From contig JBHLLU010000016.1 of NCBI GenBank assembly GCA_048938895.1, forward strand, positions 16,998 through 80,997: 64,000 nucleotides of DNA, written 5' to 3'. The notes below the pieces were generated by a model. The model was not told where the DNA came from, made no database searches, and saw nothing but the letters and a program-made list of their open reading frames with translations. Of the stretch, positions 21,136 through 31,012 are shown one piece after another. How positions within the stretch are numbered: the stretch's first letter is position 1; each line of letters opens with the position of its first letter. A program made the translations under genes and the position numbers. The stretch is from Promethearchaeota archaeon (GTDB lineage Archaea > Asgardarchaeota > Lokiarchaeia > Sigyniarchaeales > SOKP01).

Positions 21136-22374
21136 ATGATAAAATTGGACAGAGAAGAATCGCTTAAAGAAGTATTAAAAAATAAGAAAAAACGTTTATT
21201 AGATACTTTAGTTGTAAATCAAATCCTAAAGGATAAAAGATTAATTAAGGCTTTTATGGAAATTCCTTTAGAGCGATTTATACCTGACAAATTGAGAGAA
21301 TTGGTAAAACTTTATGAAGATGTTCCAAATCTGTTCTATTATGATGAACATAACCCAAAAAATTATCGTACAATCTCAGCACCCCATATGATTACGATAA
21401 TGCTCCAGGGCTTATCTTTAGAATCTAATGATGATCTTCTTATTCTGGGAGCTAAATCGGGTTATATCGCCGCTCTCGCTCATCATTTAGCACCAAAAGG
21501 AGAAATCGTAATTCTTGAAGCGAATGCTGAAATCGCTAGAATTACTGCTGAAAATCTTAAGAAATTAAAATTAGATAATAACATTACTATTATTGTAAAA
21601 AATCCCTTAAACGGAATGCCAGATTTATCTCCTTGGCAAAAAATTTTGGTTACGGGTGCGATTGAACAATCAAAAATATATCCTTTATTATACCAACTTG
21701 ATAAAGATGGTGGAGTTCTATTCGCTCCTATAGGACAGGATAAAGTTCAAATCTATACTCAAATTTTAAGAGAAAAAGATGAATTCTATGGTAAACAGCA
21801 ACTTCAAGTGAAATTTTCACCGTTAATTACTCAAGTTGAAATTGATGAGTTGGAATTGATAACCGATATAGATGAGTTTGATCTCATAAGTCAAAAAGTA
21901 CCCTTTAATTCAGGATCGGAGAAATGGGATTTAAATAAGAAAATTGAAATTAGATATACTACTGACATTCTTGAGAAGATTAGTCATGATTTACCTAAGA
22001 CAAAGAGCAAAACAGTAAGTTCTAAAGATCATAAATTAGTATTATCTCATATAGAAAAAATAGTAGAAAATATACTTAAATTAAAAAAAGAAGAGAATCT
22101 TGATGAATGTTTTAGGATTCTTGATGATAATGAACAAATTTTAGGAGAACTTAGAGCTTATAAAAGCGAATTTGAAATAAAAATTAAAAAAATGCAGCAA
22201 ATCTTAAACCAAATACGATCTTACATTATTGTTAGAAAAGAATTAGAAATGAAAGATCTATCTGAATCGATTAGAATTCAACAGAAATTGGCAATTATTA
22301 ACAAGCAAATTGAAGAGATTAATGGTTTTCTTAGTTTTCTAGCAAATGAAAAGAATAGAATTAAGGCAGTCTAA
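21136..22374 (+). CDS. pcm: Protein-L-isoaspartate O-methyltransferase-like protein with long C-terminal helical extension
   Basis: TISAPHM, LILGAKSGYIAAL, ILVTGA, GGVLFAPIG. Confidence 0.7.
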   Translation: MIKLDREESLKEVLKNKKKRLLDTLVVNQILKDKRLIKAFMEIPLERFIPDKLRELVKLYEDVPNLFYYDEHNPKNYRTISAPHMITIMLQGLSLESNDDLLILGAKSGYIAALAHHLAPKGEIVILEANAEIARITAENLKKLKLDNNITIIVKNPLNGMPDLSPWQKILVTGAIEQSKIYPLLYQLDKDGGVLFAPIGQDKVQIYTQILREKDEFYGKQQLQVKFSPLITQVEIDELELITDIDEFDLISQKVPFNSGSEKWDLNKKIEIRYTTDILEKISHDLPKTKSKTVSSKDHKLVLSHIEKIVENILKLKKEENLDECFRILDDNEQILGELRAYKSEFEIKIKKMQQILNQIRSYIIVRKELEMKDLSESIRIQQKLAIINKQIEEINGFLSFLANEKNRIKAV

Positions 22375-22484
22375 ACAAAATTCTTTCAATAAATTTTATT
22401 TTAAAATACTTAATCTTAAATCTTATTTTAGAGAGTAAAAATATTTTAATTCTTACAATTATATTTTGAAGTAGTGTATTAATT

Positions 22485-23681
22485 ATGATATCAATTGTTC
22501 GAGTAGAGACAGAATCGTTAGAGGATGTTAAAGATGCAATGGGGAAATTAATTGATCAACTTGGTTATAATCCATCCAAACCACGAGTATTCTTAAAACC
22601 AAATATTGTAGATGCTTTACCTCCTGATCATGCTGTAGATGTTGATCCAATAGTAACTGCGGGATTAATTTTAGCACTTAATGAGCGATTTGATATCGAA
22701 GAATTTTTAATTGGGGAAAATTCAGGTTATTTTTCAGAAAAACCTAAAAATTTTGAACGCCTGATTAAAACTTCTGGCTATAAGGATATGGTTGAGAATC
22801 TAAAAAAAAACTATAATATTCCCTTAAAGCTTATTAATCTAGAATATGTAGATATGGATGATTATAACTGGAAATTCAAGCCATTTAAATTAAAGCTTCC
22901 TTCTATTTTAAAAACCCATAGTTATGTTAATATCCCTAAGATGAAGACTCATGGCACCTGTATGGTCACTTTGGGAGTTAAAAATCAAAAAGGTCTTCTT
23001 CTTCTTAGAGATAAGAAAAAGTTCCATCTTGGGTTTAGAGATGATGATGGGAAGTACCATAGTACCTTGCATGAGTGTATTTTTGAATTGGGCAATCTTA
23101 TAAAACCTGAACTTACAATATGTGACGCTACTACCGCACTGGAAGGGAATGGCCCTACAACAAGTCCAAGTACTACTTGGGTAAGAAAATTAGGGATATG
23201 CATTGGAGGGACTGATATGATTGAAGTGGATAATGCCTGTTGTCAAATCATGGGCATTCCAGTGGATCTCGTAAAACATTTGCCTAAAGTTGAAGTTTCT
23301 CTAGCTCAAAGTAGTCTATCATTAGAATGTAAAAAGCCATTTAAAAGACCGATTAAACGCACTGAACCCTATGGAAATATGTATCATCATTCATCTATGT
23401 GGACATGTACAGGATGCCAAATGACCTTAAGTAGAATGAATAGAAAAATATATTATACGCCGGAATTGAAAGAAAAATTAAAAGAGAGAACGAAGAAATA
23501 TAAGAGAATTGACTTTTTTGTGGGAAGGACTGAGGAAGAGGATATTCCTGAAGACCATGGTGTTCTTTTATTTTGTGGGAATTGTACAGCTAAAGTAGCT
23601 AAACTATATCCCAGTGCAGTATATGTGCCGGGATGCCCTCCACATTATCGGGATTTAGCAGATAAATATGTAAACATGTGA
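22485..23681 (+). CDS. DUF362-family Fe-S protein
   Basis: LKPN, PKMKTH, TLGVKN, EGNGP, CTGC, CGNC, PGCPP. Confidence 0.85.
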   Translation: MISIVRVETESLEDVKDAMGKLIDQLGYNPSKPRVFLKPNIVDALPPDHAVDVDPIVTAGLILALNERFDIEEFLIGENSGYFSEKPKNFERLIKTSGYKDMVENLKKNYNIPLKLINLEYVDMDDYNWKFKPFKLKLPSILKTHSYVNIPKMKTHGTCMVTLGVKNQKGLLLLRDKKKFHLGFRDDDGKYHSTLHECIFELGNLIKPELTICDATTALEGNGPTTSPSTTWVRKLGICIGGTDMIEVDNACCQIMGIPVDLVKHLPKVEVSLAQSSLSLECKKPFKRPIKRTEPYGNMYHHSSMWTCTGCQMTLSRMNRKIYYTPELKEKLKERTKKYKRIDFFVGRTEEEDIPEDHGVLLFCGNCTAKVAKLYPSAVYVPGCPPHYRDLADKYVNM

Positions 23682-23685
23682 TTTA

Positions 23686-23721
23686 TTGCTGAGAGTGCTC
23701 AGTGAACACATTCTATAGCAA
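23686..23721. terminator. Hairpin between convergent genes (possible terminator or RNA element)
   Basis: TTGCT(23686-90)/AGCAA(23717-21) enclose AGAGTG/CATTCT; an alternative stem is CTGAG-AGTG-CTCAG. Confidence 0.3.
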
Positions 23722-23811
23722 GATATTAATCATTGATTATACTAGCTTACATTATTGATTATATAATTCCATTTATTATATATTGAAACTAATTGTATTT
23801 TTTAATTTTAA

Positions 23812-24324
23812 TCAATTTTCAAGAAACGCTAATACCGACTTCATAAATTGAGGTAAATCGTCTGGTGTTCTTGAAGTTATGAGATTACTATCAATCACAA
23901 CAGCAGAATCTTCAAAAAGTGCGCCTGCATTTATCATATCATCTTTAATAGCAAAATAACTAGTTGCTTTACGATTCCTTATTATATTCGCAGAGATTAA
24001 GACCCATCCTGCATGACATATAGCACCAACTAATTTTTTTTGATCATTAAGTTCTTTAACAAATTTTAAGACACCAGGTTCCCTTCTAAGATGATCTGGA
24101 TTTGTTGTGCCACCAGGTATTATTACCCCATCATAATTATTTGGATTTGCTTCTCTAATTAATTTATCCGGTTTAAAAGGATATCCAAATTTTCCCTTTA
24201 TTTCTCTTCTATGTAAACTAATTAATTCTGTTTTATATCCCGCTTCAATCAATCTTAATCGTGGAAAATGGAATTCTAACTCTTCATAACCATCAGTAGC
24301 GAGAAATGCTATTATTTTTACCAT
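23812..24324 (-). CDS. pfpI: DJ-1/PfpI-family protease/deglycase
   Basis: DGYEELE, IPGG, AICHAG, LITSRTPDDL. Confidence 0.9.
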   Translation of the reverse strand: MVKIIAFLATDGYEELEFHFPRLRLIEAGYKTELISLHRREIKGKFGYPFKPDKLIREANPNNYDGVIIPGGTTNPDHLRREPGVLKFVKELNDQKKLVGAICHAGWVLISANIIRNRKATSYFAIKDDMINAGALFEDSAVVIDSNLITSRTPDDLPQFMKSVLAFLEN

Positions 24325-24403
24325 AATAAATTATCTCATTACATTATTTATACTTTTTTATACATTATAATATATCAAATTTCCTCATAATTTTTATAAA
24401 ATT

Positions 24404-25036
24404 TTAGGAGATATTGAGAAATCCTACATATATCACCAAAATTGTAATTATTAGAAGAAAAAAGTTTAATGGGGTCGGTATAATGCGATTTGGTGTTTTT
24501 TCCATAAATTTTTTATAATCCTTCCCATATTTTGGGATTAAAATTAGTTTTTCTTCACATAAAGCATGTATATCTACTATTATAAGTAAAATAGGACATA
24601 ATATTAATGAAGTTATTGAATCTGATATTAAAGCTATTCCAAAAAAGATTATTACCCAACCAGAATATATTGGGTGCCTTATAATTCTAAATACTCCCGT
24701 TGTCGCTAATTTAGAACTTGTCTCATCTAGGGATTTAACCTTATACACTTTTTTTGCTCTTTTTGCAAAATTAATACCAACAATAATAAATATTAGCCCC
24801 AATAATGCAAATAAATTCCAATAGTCTTTAAAATAACTCCAGTTATCTTTAATAAAAAATCTTAAGAGCCCTGAATTAACAATAGGTATAGAAATTAATG
24901 TTATTGCCCATATAACTGGAAAAAGTTTAAAAAACAACGAAAAATCTTTTTTTTTGACTTTTAAGAATATTAACCAGTAAAAAAAAATATTAAACATAAA
25001 AACTACAAGGAAGATAATCGTTAAGAATAGTATCAA
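24404..25036 (-). CDS. Isoprenylcysteine carboxyl-/phospholipid methyltransferase-family membrane protein
   Basis: LATTGVFRIIRHPIYSG, EEKL, YGKDY, multiple TM segments. Confidence 0.8.
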   Translation of the reverse strand: MILFLTIIFLVVFMFNIFFYWLIFLKVKKKDFSLFFKLFPVIWAITLISIPIVNSGLLRFFIKDNWSYFKDYWNLFALLGLIFIIVGINFAKRAKKVYKVKSLDETSSKLATTGVFRIIRHPIYSGWVIIFFGIALISDSITSLILCPILLIIVDIHALCEEKLILIPKYGKDYKKFMEKTPNRIIPTPLNFFLLIITILVIYVGFLNIS

Positions 25037-25168
25037 TTTTTTCTAAACTATTTTGTTATGTGTTAAGTAATAGAATTTTTAGAAATGAAATATATTTTTT
25101 TGAAATTGAATATTTTTAAAATTGGCTATTTAATCTTACATATTAATATTATTATTTAGGTAATTAGA

Positions 25169-25519
25169 ATGGAAGAAGAAGACAATTTAACAGGAAAGGA
25201 ATTAGAAGTACTCTATGAAGTTCTGTTTAAAAGAATAATGGAGATAATGAAAGTACCAGAAAGTGATTTAGATCCATTTGGGGAAATGATTAATAGATTA
25301 TCAGTATTATCCGGTATATTTTCATTTAAAGGGATGATATCTTTAATTCCAGAGTTAATAGCATATGCTATAAAATATGGAATGATGGTAGAAAAGGCAT
25401 ATGAAGAAGAATTAATAAATTTAGAAGAAGATACTCAGGGTATTGGAACAGAGGAACAACAGGAAAGAAGAATTTCTCGGATTAGAGACGACATTGATAA
25501 ACTAAGCATGTATTTATAG
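25169..25519 (+). CDS. Acidic hypothetical protein
   Basis: 116-aa ORF filling an intergenic gap; no recognisable motif. Confidence 0.6.
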   Translation: MEEEDNLTGKELEVLYEVLFKRIMEIMKVPESDLDPFGEMINRLSVLSGIFSFKGMISLIPELIAYAIKYGMMVEKAYEEELINLEEDTQGIGTEEQQERRISRIRDDIDKLSMYL

Positions 25520-25630
25520 CATTATAACATTTCACTTACTTTATTTTTTTCTTATTCTTTATAAGCGTTATATAAAAACGAAGTAAAAAAAATAAAATAA
25601 AATAGAATAAGGATATTAAAATTAAGGAAA

Positions 25631-27742
25631 TTAAGTATATTTATTTTTAAAGCTCTTCAATTTGACCATCACTTCGTCTCTAAGAGAACCTACAATTATT
25701 TTATCTCCCAGAGATTTCATTTCTTTAGCAAAAGCTAACATTTGGTGCAGTACAGGACCTGGTGGGAATTCATCTCTCCTTTGTTCTAGGATATTACCTA
25801 ATACTTCACCAGTTGGAGCTCGATCGACAGCTTTATAAATCTCAACAAATGTATCATGTATTTTTCCCGCTTGAGAATCTGCAACATGAGCTTTTGGAGT
25901 TCCTGTAGCTGATTGAGGCATACTAGAGGAACTCGATGATTCACCTCCCCCCCTTCCTAAAACTATTATGACAGGTTCAGATCGATGATAATCACCAGCA
26001 CCAGAGCAATTATAATTTATACTTACTGAAGCTCCTCCTTTAATCTCCGGTACTTTTACATGCAATTCTGATAAATCTCCTTCTTGTACTACTTCATGGG
26101 TTGCACCAGCTGGAGGTGTAAATTCAGTAAGACTAAAACCAGTTGGAATGATATCTTTAACAAGTACATTTTCTAATTCTACATCTCCTTTATTTTGAAC
26201 TCTTACACCAATAGTAAACTCTCCTTCACTAAGACCCGGTTTTATACTTTTAAGAGTTTTTAACTTACGTTTAACATATCTTACTTTAAGCTCTGGTTTT
26301 TCATCAGGGCTTTTTATGAAGGATTTACCTTCCACTGGACTATTAATATCTATTTTTACGGGAGTCATGTATTTAGTTTCTGTGGGAGGTCGAGGATTTC
26401 GTGCTAAAAGTGGATAAGATATTACCATTTGCTTTCCAGGAAGAAATTCATTAGCAAGGTTATATAACTCTACATAAATTTGATGCTTGTGAGAAAAATC
26501 CTGATCACTTGGATCAATCAAAATCTTTTGAACAAATTCCTCTCTTGAACTTATGTCAATATCCCCTAAAAGGATTTTAATATCTTTTACTAAGGGAGGG
26601 ATAAAATCAGGGGGAGTTTCGTCTGATAAGAAAAATTTATCAATTATAGAAGACCCATCATTTACTATATTGTTTGCAATTACCATATCTGTATTAGCAT
26701 AAGCATCTACCTCAGGGGGATTTATATTTTTATCAACTGTAGCACTTAAAACAGTGTAAATTGTGGAGTCTTTTATGATCTTACCGACAACCCTAGGAAT
26801 TAAAACAAACAGGGGAGTAAATCCGATTTCAGAACTTAATTCTGGTACATCTTTTGCTTCGACTTGAAAATCAAAATCCCATGATTCGTCAGGATTTAAG
26901 ACTTTGTCTGGTGTTTGAGACACTACTGTTTCTGTTCCAGTGGTAATTGATTGGGAGACTTTTACATCCTCAAGTCTAACTTGAAAACCAGATTCATTAA
27001 TAAATTCAACATTACAATCCCACATACCAGGTTGAGTCCCCTCATCTCTATCAATCCCACTCATCGAGTCAGTGAGTCCCCTAATTTCAGGGTTTACCAT
27101 CGTTAATTTGTAATTGTTTATTAAATAATCAATAGTTAAAACCCCAAGTTCTTGTGGTGTTAATTCTTTCATATTTACTGTAAAAAATATCTCGAGCTGA
27201 GCATTATTTCCTGCATCCAGGGATGTTAACTCCCAAACTAACGATTTTTTGCCATCCTCTTCTTTTATATTCGCATCTCCGTTACTAGGATTTCTCATTT
27301 CGATTTCTTGAATAAATGCAGGTATATCCCTTCTAACTTTTATCTCTAAAACAGGTAAATTCAAAGGATTTGTTAAAACGAGTTTTAGACTACATTTATT
27401 ATCAGTATTATAAAGAAATGCATTATTTACTTTACCTGAATCGGATTTATCAGTATCAAAAATTTCCTCAACTTTTAGAGTAGAAGCTTTCAGTTCTTTT
27501 ATCTCATACTCTTTTCTAAATTCTTGACTTGGATTCAGTGACCCTACAGTTAGCTCTTTTGATTCAATAGAAGTATTTACTATTTCTTTAACATTACAAT
27601 TTAGATTCCATAATCGACTCTGTTGAGAAGGATTTTTAATTATAAGAGTTCCACTACCTGAAATTTCTTTTAAATTTTGAGATCCGTCGAGAACTATGTG
27701 CTCGCGTTCAGTTAAATCAATTATTACTAGATTTTCTGACAT
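25631..27742 (-). CDS. Cytosolic multi-beta-sandwich protein (mu-homology/delta-COP-like or DUF11-like Ig repeats) with C-terminal helical domain
   Basis: No signal peptide or TM; repeated N-x-G/S..V-x-D-x-I-P beta-sandwich motifs; Ser-rich linker before the helical tail. Confidence 0.55.
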   Translation of the reverse strand: MSENLVIIDLTEREHIVLDGSQNLKEISGSGTLIIKNPSQQSRLWNLNCNVKEIVNTSIESKELTVGSLNPSQEFRKEYEIKELKASTLKVEEIFDTDKSDSGKVNNAFLYNTDNKCSLKLVLTNPLNLPVLEIKVRRDIPAFIQEIEMRNPSNGDANIKEEDGKKSLVWELTSLDAGNNAQLEIFFTVNMKELTPQELGVLTIDYLINNYKLTMVNPEIRGLTDSMSGIDRDEGTQPGMWDCNVEFINESGFQVRLEDVKVSQSITTGTETVVSQTPDKVLNPDESWDFDFQVEAKDVPELSSEIGFTPLFVLIPRVVGKIIKDSTIYTVLSATVDKNINPPEVDAYANTDMVIANNIVNDGSSIIDKFFLSDETPPDFIPPLVKDIKILLGDIDISSREEFVQKILIDPSDQDFSHKHQIYVELYNLANEFLPGKQMVISYPLLARNPRPPTETKYMTPVKIDINSPVEGKSFIKSPDEKPELKVRYVKRKLKTLKSIKPGLSEGEFTIGVRVQNKGDVELENVLVKDIIPTGFSLTEFTPPAGATHEVVQEGDLSELHVKVPEIKGGASVSINYNCSGAGDYHRSEPVIIVLGRGGGESSSSSSMPQSATGTPKAHVADSQAGKIHDTFVEIYKAVDRAPTGEVLGNILEQRRDEFPPGPVLHQMLAFAKEMKSLGDKIIVGSLRDEVMVKLKSFKNKYT

Positions 27743-27913
27743 TCAATAATCTTCTCGTGTTTTTATTATTATGATTTAGAAAATATTTTATACAAAATTT
27801 GTTATCAAAATAATAAAGTTGATCTTTTTATACTTTAGGAAATGTTAAATGAACGGAATTATTAAATGAATACTTTATAATTAGATATAATAATTAATTT
27901 AATTAGAATTATC

Positions 27914-28738
27914 GTGGTTAACGACAAATTTTGGGAAGTTGTTAAAGAGTTTAATTTATTAATGAAGTCAGCGATTAAAGGTCCAAATTGTTTAGATATA
28001 TGTAATGGTGATTGCTGTTCGATTAAGATTGATGTCCCCAAATTACTAGCTCAAGAGTATATTGAACGAGGATATGCTGTCAAAACAGATTTTGTTAGAA
28101 GCGATGTTTTTAGCCTTAAGCTGAGATTTGACGAAAAAAAGGGAAAATGCTTTCTTTTCAACAAAGAGATAAATGGTTGTTCCGTCCATAATTCAGGAAT
28201 AAAACCCCCTCAATGTTGGATTTACCCTACGAATTTTTCAAATTCAGAAAATAACGATTTAAGCTGCAAAAAAGCAGGAGGATGGAAAATTGTTGATCCA
28301 GAAAAAGCCATTGATGCTGAAAGACTCTTAAAATACTATGTTTTTTTATGTAAACTAGAAGCCAGAAAAGAACAAAAAAATGTTATAAATCGTATAAATA
28401 AGAGTATGGTAAATAGAAATTTGCAAAATCTACTAAAAAAGATCTCTCCAAGCCAAATTTCTGGATTTAAAGATAGTTGGGACTGTATTTCTCTATTACC
28501 TGCAGAAGGTATCTCTTTACAATTAAAAAAATTATGTTTATATACGAACCCTTCATGTGAACTAGTTCTATATAATAATTTTTTAGAATGTAAATCGATT
28601 TGTGCTAAAGTTACAGAAAATATTCTTTTTTTTTTACAACAAACTCTGCAGAACTATGTAAACAAAAATGGTGCAGATATAAATGGGGAATATCTTTTCA
28701 ATGATTTAAAATTAAAAGATTTTTCTGTCGGAGAATAG
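27914..28738 (+). CDS. YkgJ-like (CxxCxxCC) Cys-cluster protein
   Basis: CLDICNGDCC, KCFLF, CSVH, KPPQCWIYP. Confidence 0.75.
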   Translation: MVNDKFWEVVKEFNLLMKSAIKGPNCLDICNGDCCSIKIDVPKLLAQEYIERGYAVKTDFVRSDVFSLKLRFDEKKGKCFLFNKEINGCSVHNSGIKPPQCWIYPTNFSNSENNDLSCKKAGGWKIVDPEKAIDAERLLKYYVFLCKLEARKEQKNVINRINKSMVNRNLQNLLKKISPSQISGFKDSWDCISLLPAEGISLQLKKLCLYTNPSCELVLYNNFLECKSICAKVTENILFFLQQTLQNYVNKNGADINGEYLFNDLKLKDFSVGE

Positions 28739-28865
28739 AAGAATCCCAACTCGAAAATTCTATTTAATTGAAAAATCATTGTATTCTCTGCATATTACTT
28801 ATTTTTAAGTAATATTATGTAAATGTTATTCCTATAACATGGTTATATAACAATTGTGAATTTTT

Positions 28866-29234
28866 ATGGCATTTTCTGATAAAACTTTAAATGATTTAGC
28901 CAAAAATGTTTTTTCTGATAAGTATGATTTTGTTAAAGGCCCAATTCAAGTAAAAGGAGATTCTGGAAAATTTTGGAAATTCGATGCAGTGGTAAAAAAT
29001 AAACTTAGTACATTTGGAGTGTTTATTAGAGATTGGAAAAGAGAGATTTCAATCACCCAGCTTCGTCAATTGCATAAAGCTTGTATTGACACGAAAATTC
29101 AGGGAGGTATCATGGTATGTAATATTATTACAGATTTTTCAAGAGATTACAGTTCACAATTTGGAATTCAACTATTATCAAGAGGTCATTTAATTTCTAC
29201 ATTACGTAGAAGGAAATTTCAGAATAATTTTTAA
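28866..29234 (+). CDS. Small Mrr-like PD-(D/E)xK fold protein with atypical catalytic site
   Basis: VKGDSG..FDAVV..GVFIRDW..ISITQLRQL..GGIMV..GIQLL. Confidence 0.6.
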   Translation: MAFSDKTLNDLAKNVFSDKYDFVKGPIQVKGDSGKFWKFDAVVKNKLSTFGVFIRDWKREISITQLRQLHKACIDTKIQGGIMVCNIITDFSRDYSSQFGIQLLSRGHLISTLRRRKFQNNF

Positions 29235-29256
29235 TCATAAATTAGGGTTAATTTAA

Positions 29257-29421
29257 ATGTGTAAAGGTTTCAGTTGTTTAGATTGTCCCGCATTTACTAC
29301 TACCCATTGTTATTATTATGGTAAAGATTTTATGGATTACTATAAAAAAGTTCGACTCGAAAGATATAATGCACCTAATAAATATTATCATAATTTAGAG
29401 ATAGTGGAATTTAAAACTTGA
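29257..29421 (+). CDS. Putative 54-aa Cys/Tyr-rich microprotein (absent from ORF track)
   Basis: ATG 29257 to TGA 29421: MCKGFSCLDCPAFTTTHCYYYGKDFMDYYKKVRLERYNAPNKYYHNLEIVEFKT; co-oriented, 22 nt after the previous stop. Confidence 0.5.
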   Translation: MCKGFSCLDCPAFTTTHCYYYGKDFMDYYKKVRLERYNAPNKYYHNLEIVEFKT

Positions 29422-29548
29422 AGTTCCTTTAGGTTAATTTGAAGAAGCAAAAGGAATAATACCTACTCTTACAAATGTTAAATATTTATAAATTCCCAAT
29501 CAAAAATAATATAATATAGTACAACTTAGAAATTCAAAGGATAGAAAT

Positions 29549-29842
29549 TTGATATTCTTGTACGACTTAAATGAAGAATCTGAGAAATTTGAAGAAATTG
29601 AGATAAAAGAGAATGTCCCCTTGTTTGAAGTATTGGATTCTGATAAGATTCTGCTTTTTGTAGATATGCATAATGAAAAAGTGTGGGTATGGGAGGGTAA
29701 AAACACTTCTACAAGACTTAAATTTATCTCCACTCAGGAAGCACCTAAAATTCGGGATAAATACGATCTTAGTTTTACAATCAGTTCCGTTGATGATGGC
29801 GATGAAACTGCTGCTTTTAAAATATTAGTAGGACTCGTATGA
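29549..29842 (+). CDS. Single-domain gelsolin-like protein
   Basis: LDSDKILLFVD..KVWVWEGKNTS..ISSVDDGDETAAF fits a gelsolin repeat; AAGGA upstream of the TTG start. Confidence 0.8.
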   Translation: MIFLYDLNEESEKFEEIEIKENVPLFEVLDSDKILLFVDMHNEKVWVWEGKNTSTRLKFISTQEAPKIRDKYDLSFTISSVDDGDETAAFKILVGLV

Positions 29843-29911
29843 GTTAATTTTTTATTTTCGAGTAATAGTTTTATATTATATATTTTAAAATTATTTCTAT
29901 TAGTCTAATTA

Positions 29912-31003
29912 ATGGATATTTTATTAAAAATGGAATTTTTAAAAAATACAATTGGTATTAGTAATAAAAAGGGGCGCCCATATGGTCAAATCTCTTCAAA
30001 AGGAAATTATAAAGAGATGTTAATAGAATCTAAAAAGATTGTAAATGAACTCGCAAAGGAAGAAGGTGTAATTGGTATAACTTTATGTGGAGGCCTTAGT
30101 AGAGGATATGCTGATGATTTATCTGAAATAGATCTATTAGTGTTTTTAGAAGAAGAGATTTATGATAAATGGATTACTGGTATGGGTCCAATCCCTCATG
30201 GTGATGCATTATGGAGAGGGAATTATATAGATGTTGAATTTCTATCATATGAAATGGAAAAAACAGAAGATTGGGACTTAATTAAGAAGTGGGATGCTTC
30301 CTATAACTTAATTCTATTTGATCCTCAGGGAAAGATAGAGGCTTTATTTAAAGAGAAAGACATATTTAGTTCAAAGGAAAAATTTCAATGTATCTCAGAA
30401 TATTTTGGGAAGTGTGTGTATATTGGCAACGTAGTAATTGAACAATGGATTAAAAGAGGGGACCCTCTCGCAGCCAACCAATTGGTTAATAGCGGAATCT
30501 ACGGTTTAATAGGGTTAGTATTTCTAGCCAATGACGAATATCCTCCTTTTGAGAAATGGGCTTTGAACTATTCTTATTCTCTCAAATGGTTACCTAAAGA
30601 TTGGAAAAAAAGAATTTCTGAGATTCTTCTTACTAAAGAAATTACTATTAAGGAAGCTGAAAGAAGACATAGATTATTTATTGAGCTATACAAGGATTGC
30701 TGGGTAAAGGTCGTTGGTAAAGAGTTAAAAGATTTGGAATTTATTGACATTATCACTTTAAAAGAGTTACAATTCATAGTAGATAATTCTCCAGTACTTT
30801 TTGATAAATTTAGTGAGACATTTGATATAAAACACTTATCATATGAACCAATATATAAATTAACAAATATTATTACAAAAAAAGGGAAAAAATACATTAA
30901 TTTCAACCATGAAAAGTTCTTCGAACAAAAAAAAGATAATTTCCCCGATATCTTAGAGTGGAGTAAACCTTTACTTAATAAATTAAAATTATATAAAGAG
31001 TAA
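29912..31003 (+). CDS. Pol-beta-superfamily nucleotidyltransferase with DUF4037-like helical domain
   Basis: GITLCGGLSRGYADDLSEIDL, ILFDPQG, LANDEYPPFEKW. Confidence 0.75.
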   Translation: MDILLKMEFLKNTIGISNKKGRPYGQISSKGNYKEMLIESKKIVNELAKEEGVIGITLCGGLSRGYADDLSEIDLLVFLEEEIYDKWITGMGPIPHGDALWRGNYIDVEFLSYEMEKTEDWDLIKKWDASYNLILFDPQGKIEALFKEKDIFSSKEKFQCISEYFGKCVYIGNVVIEQWIKRGDPLAANQLVNSGIYGLIGLVFLANDEYPPFEKWALNYSYSLKWLPKDWKKRISEILLTKEITIKEAERRHRLFIELYKDCWVKVVGKELKDLEFIDIITLKELQFIVDNSPVLFDKFSETFDIKHLSYEPIYKLTNIITKKGKKYINFNHEKFFEQKKDNFPDILEWSKPLLNKLKLYKE

Positions 31004-31012
31004 CATGTAAAA

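Noticed and set aside
23679-23733. Hairpin considered as a SECIS element
   Set aside because: Neither flanking gene has an internal in-frame UGA, and readthrough of the DUF362 stop meets further stops within a few codons.
15524-29309. Shared 14-mer ACTACTACCCATTG at ~15524 and ~29296
   Set aside because: An isolated match in unrelated contexts, expected by chance at this length and composition.
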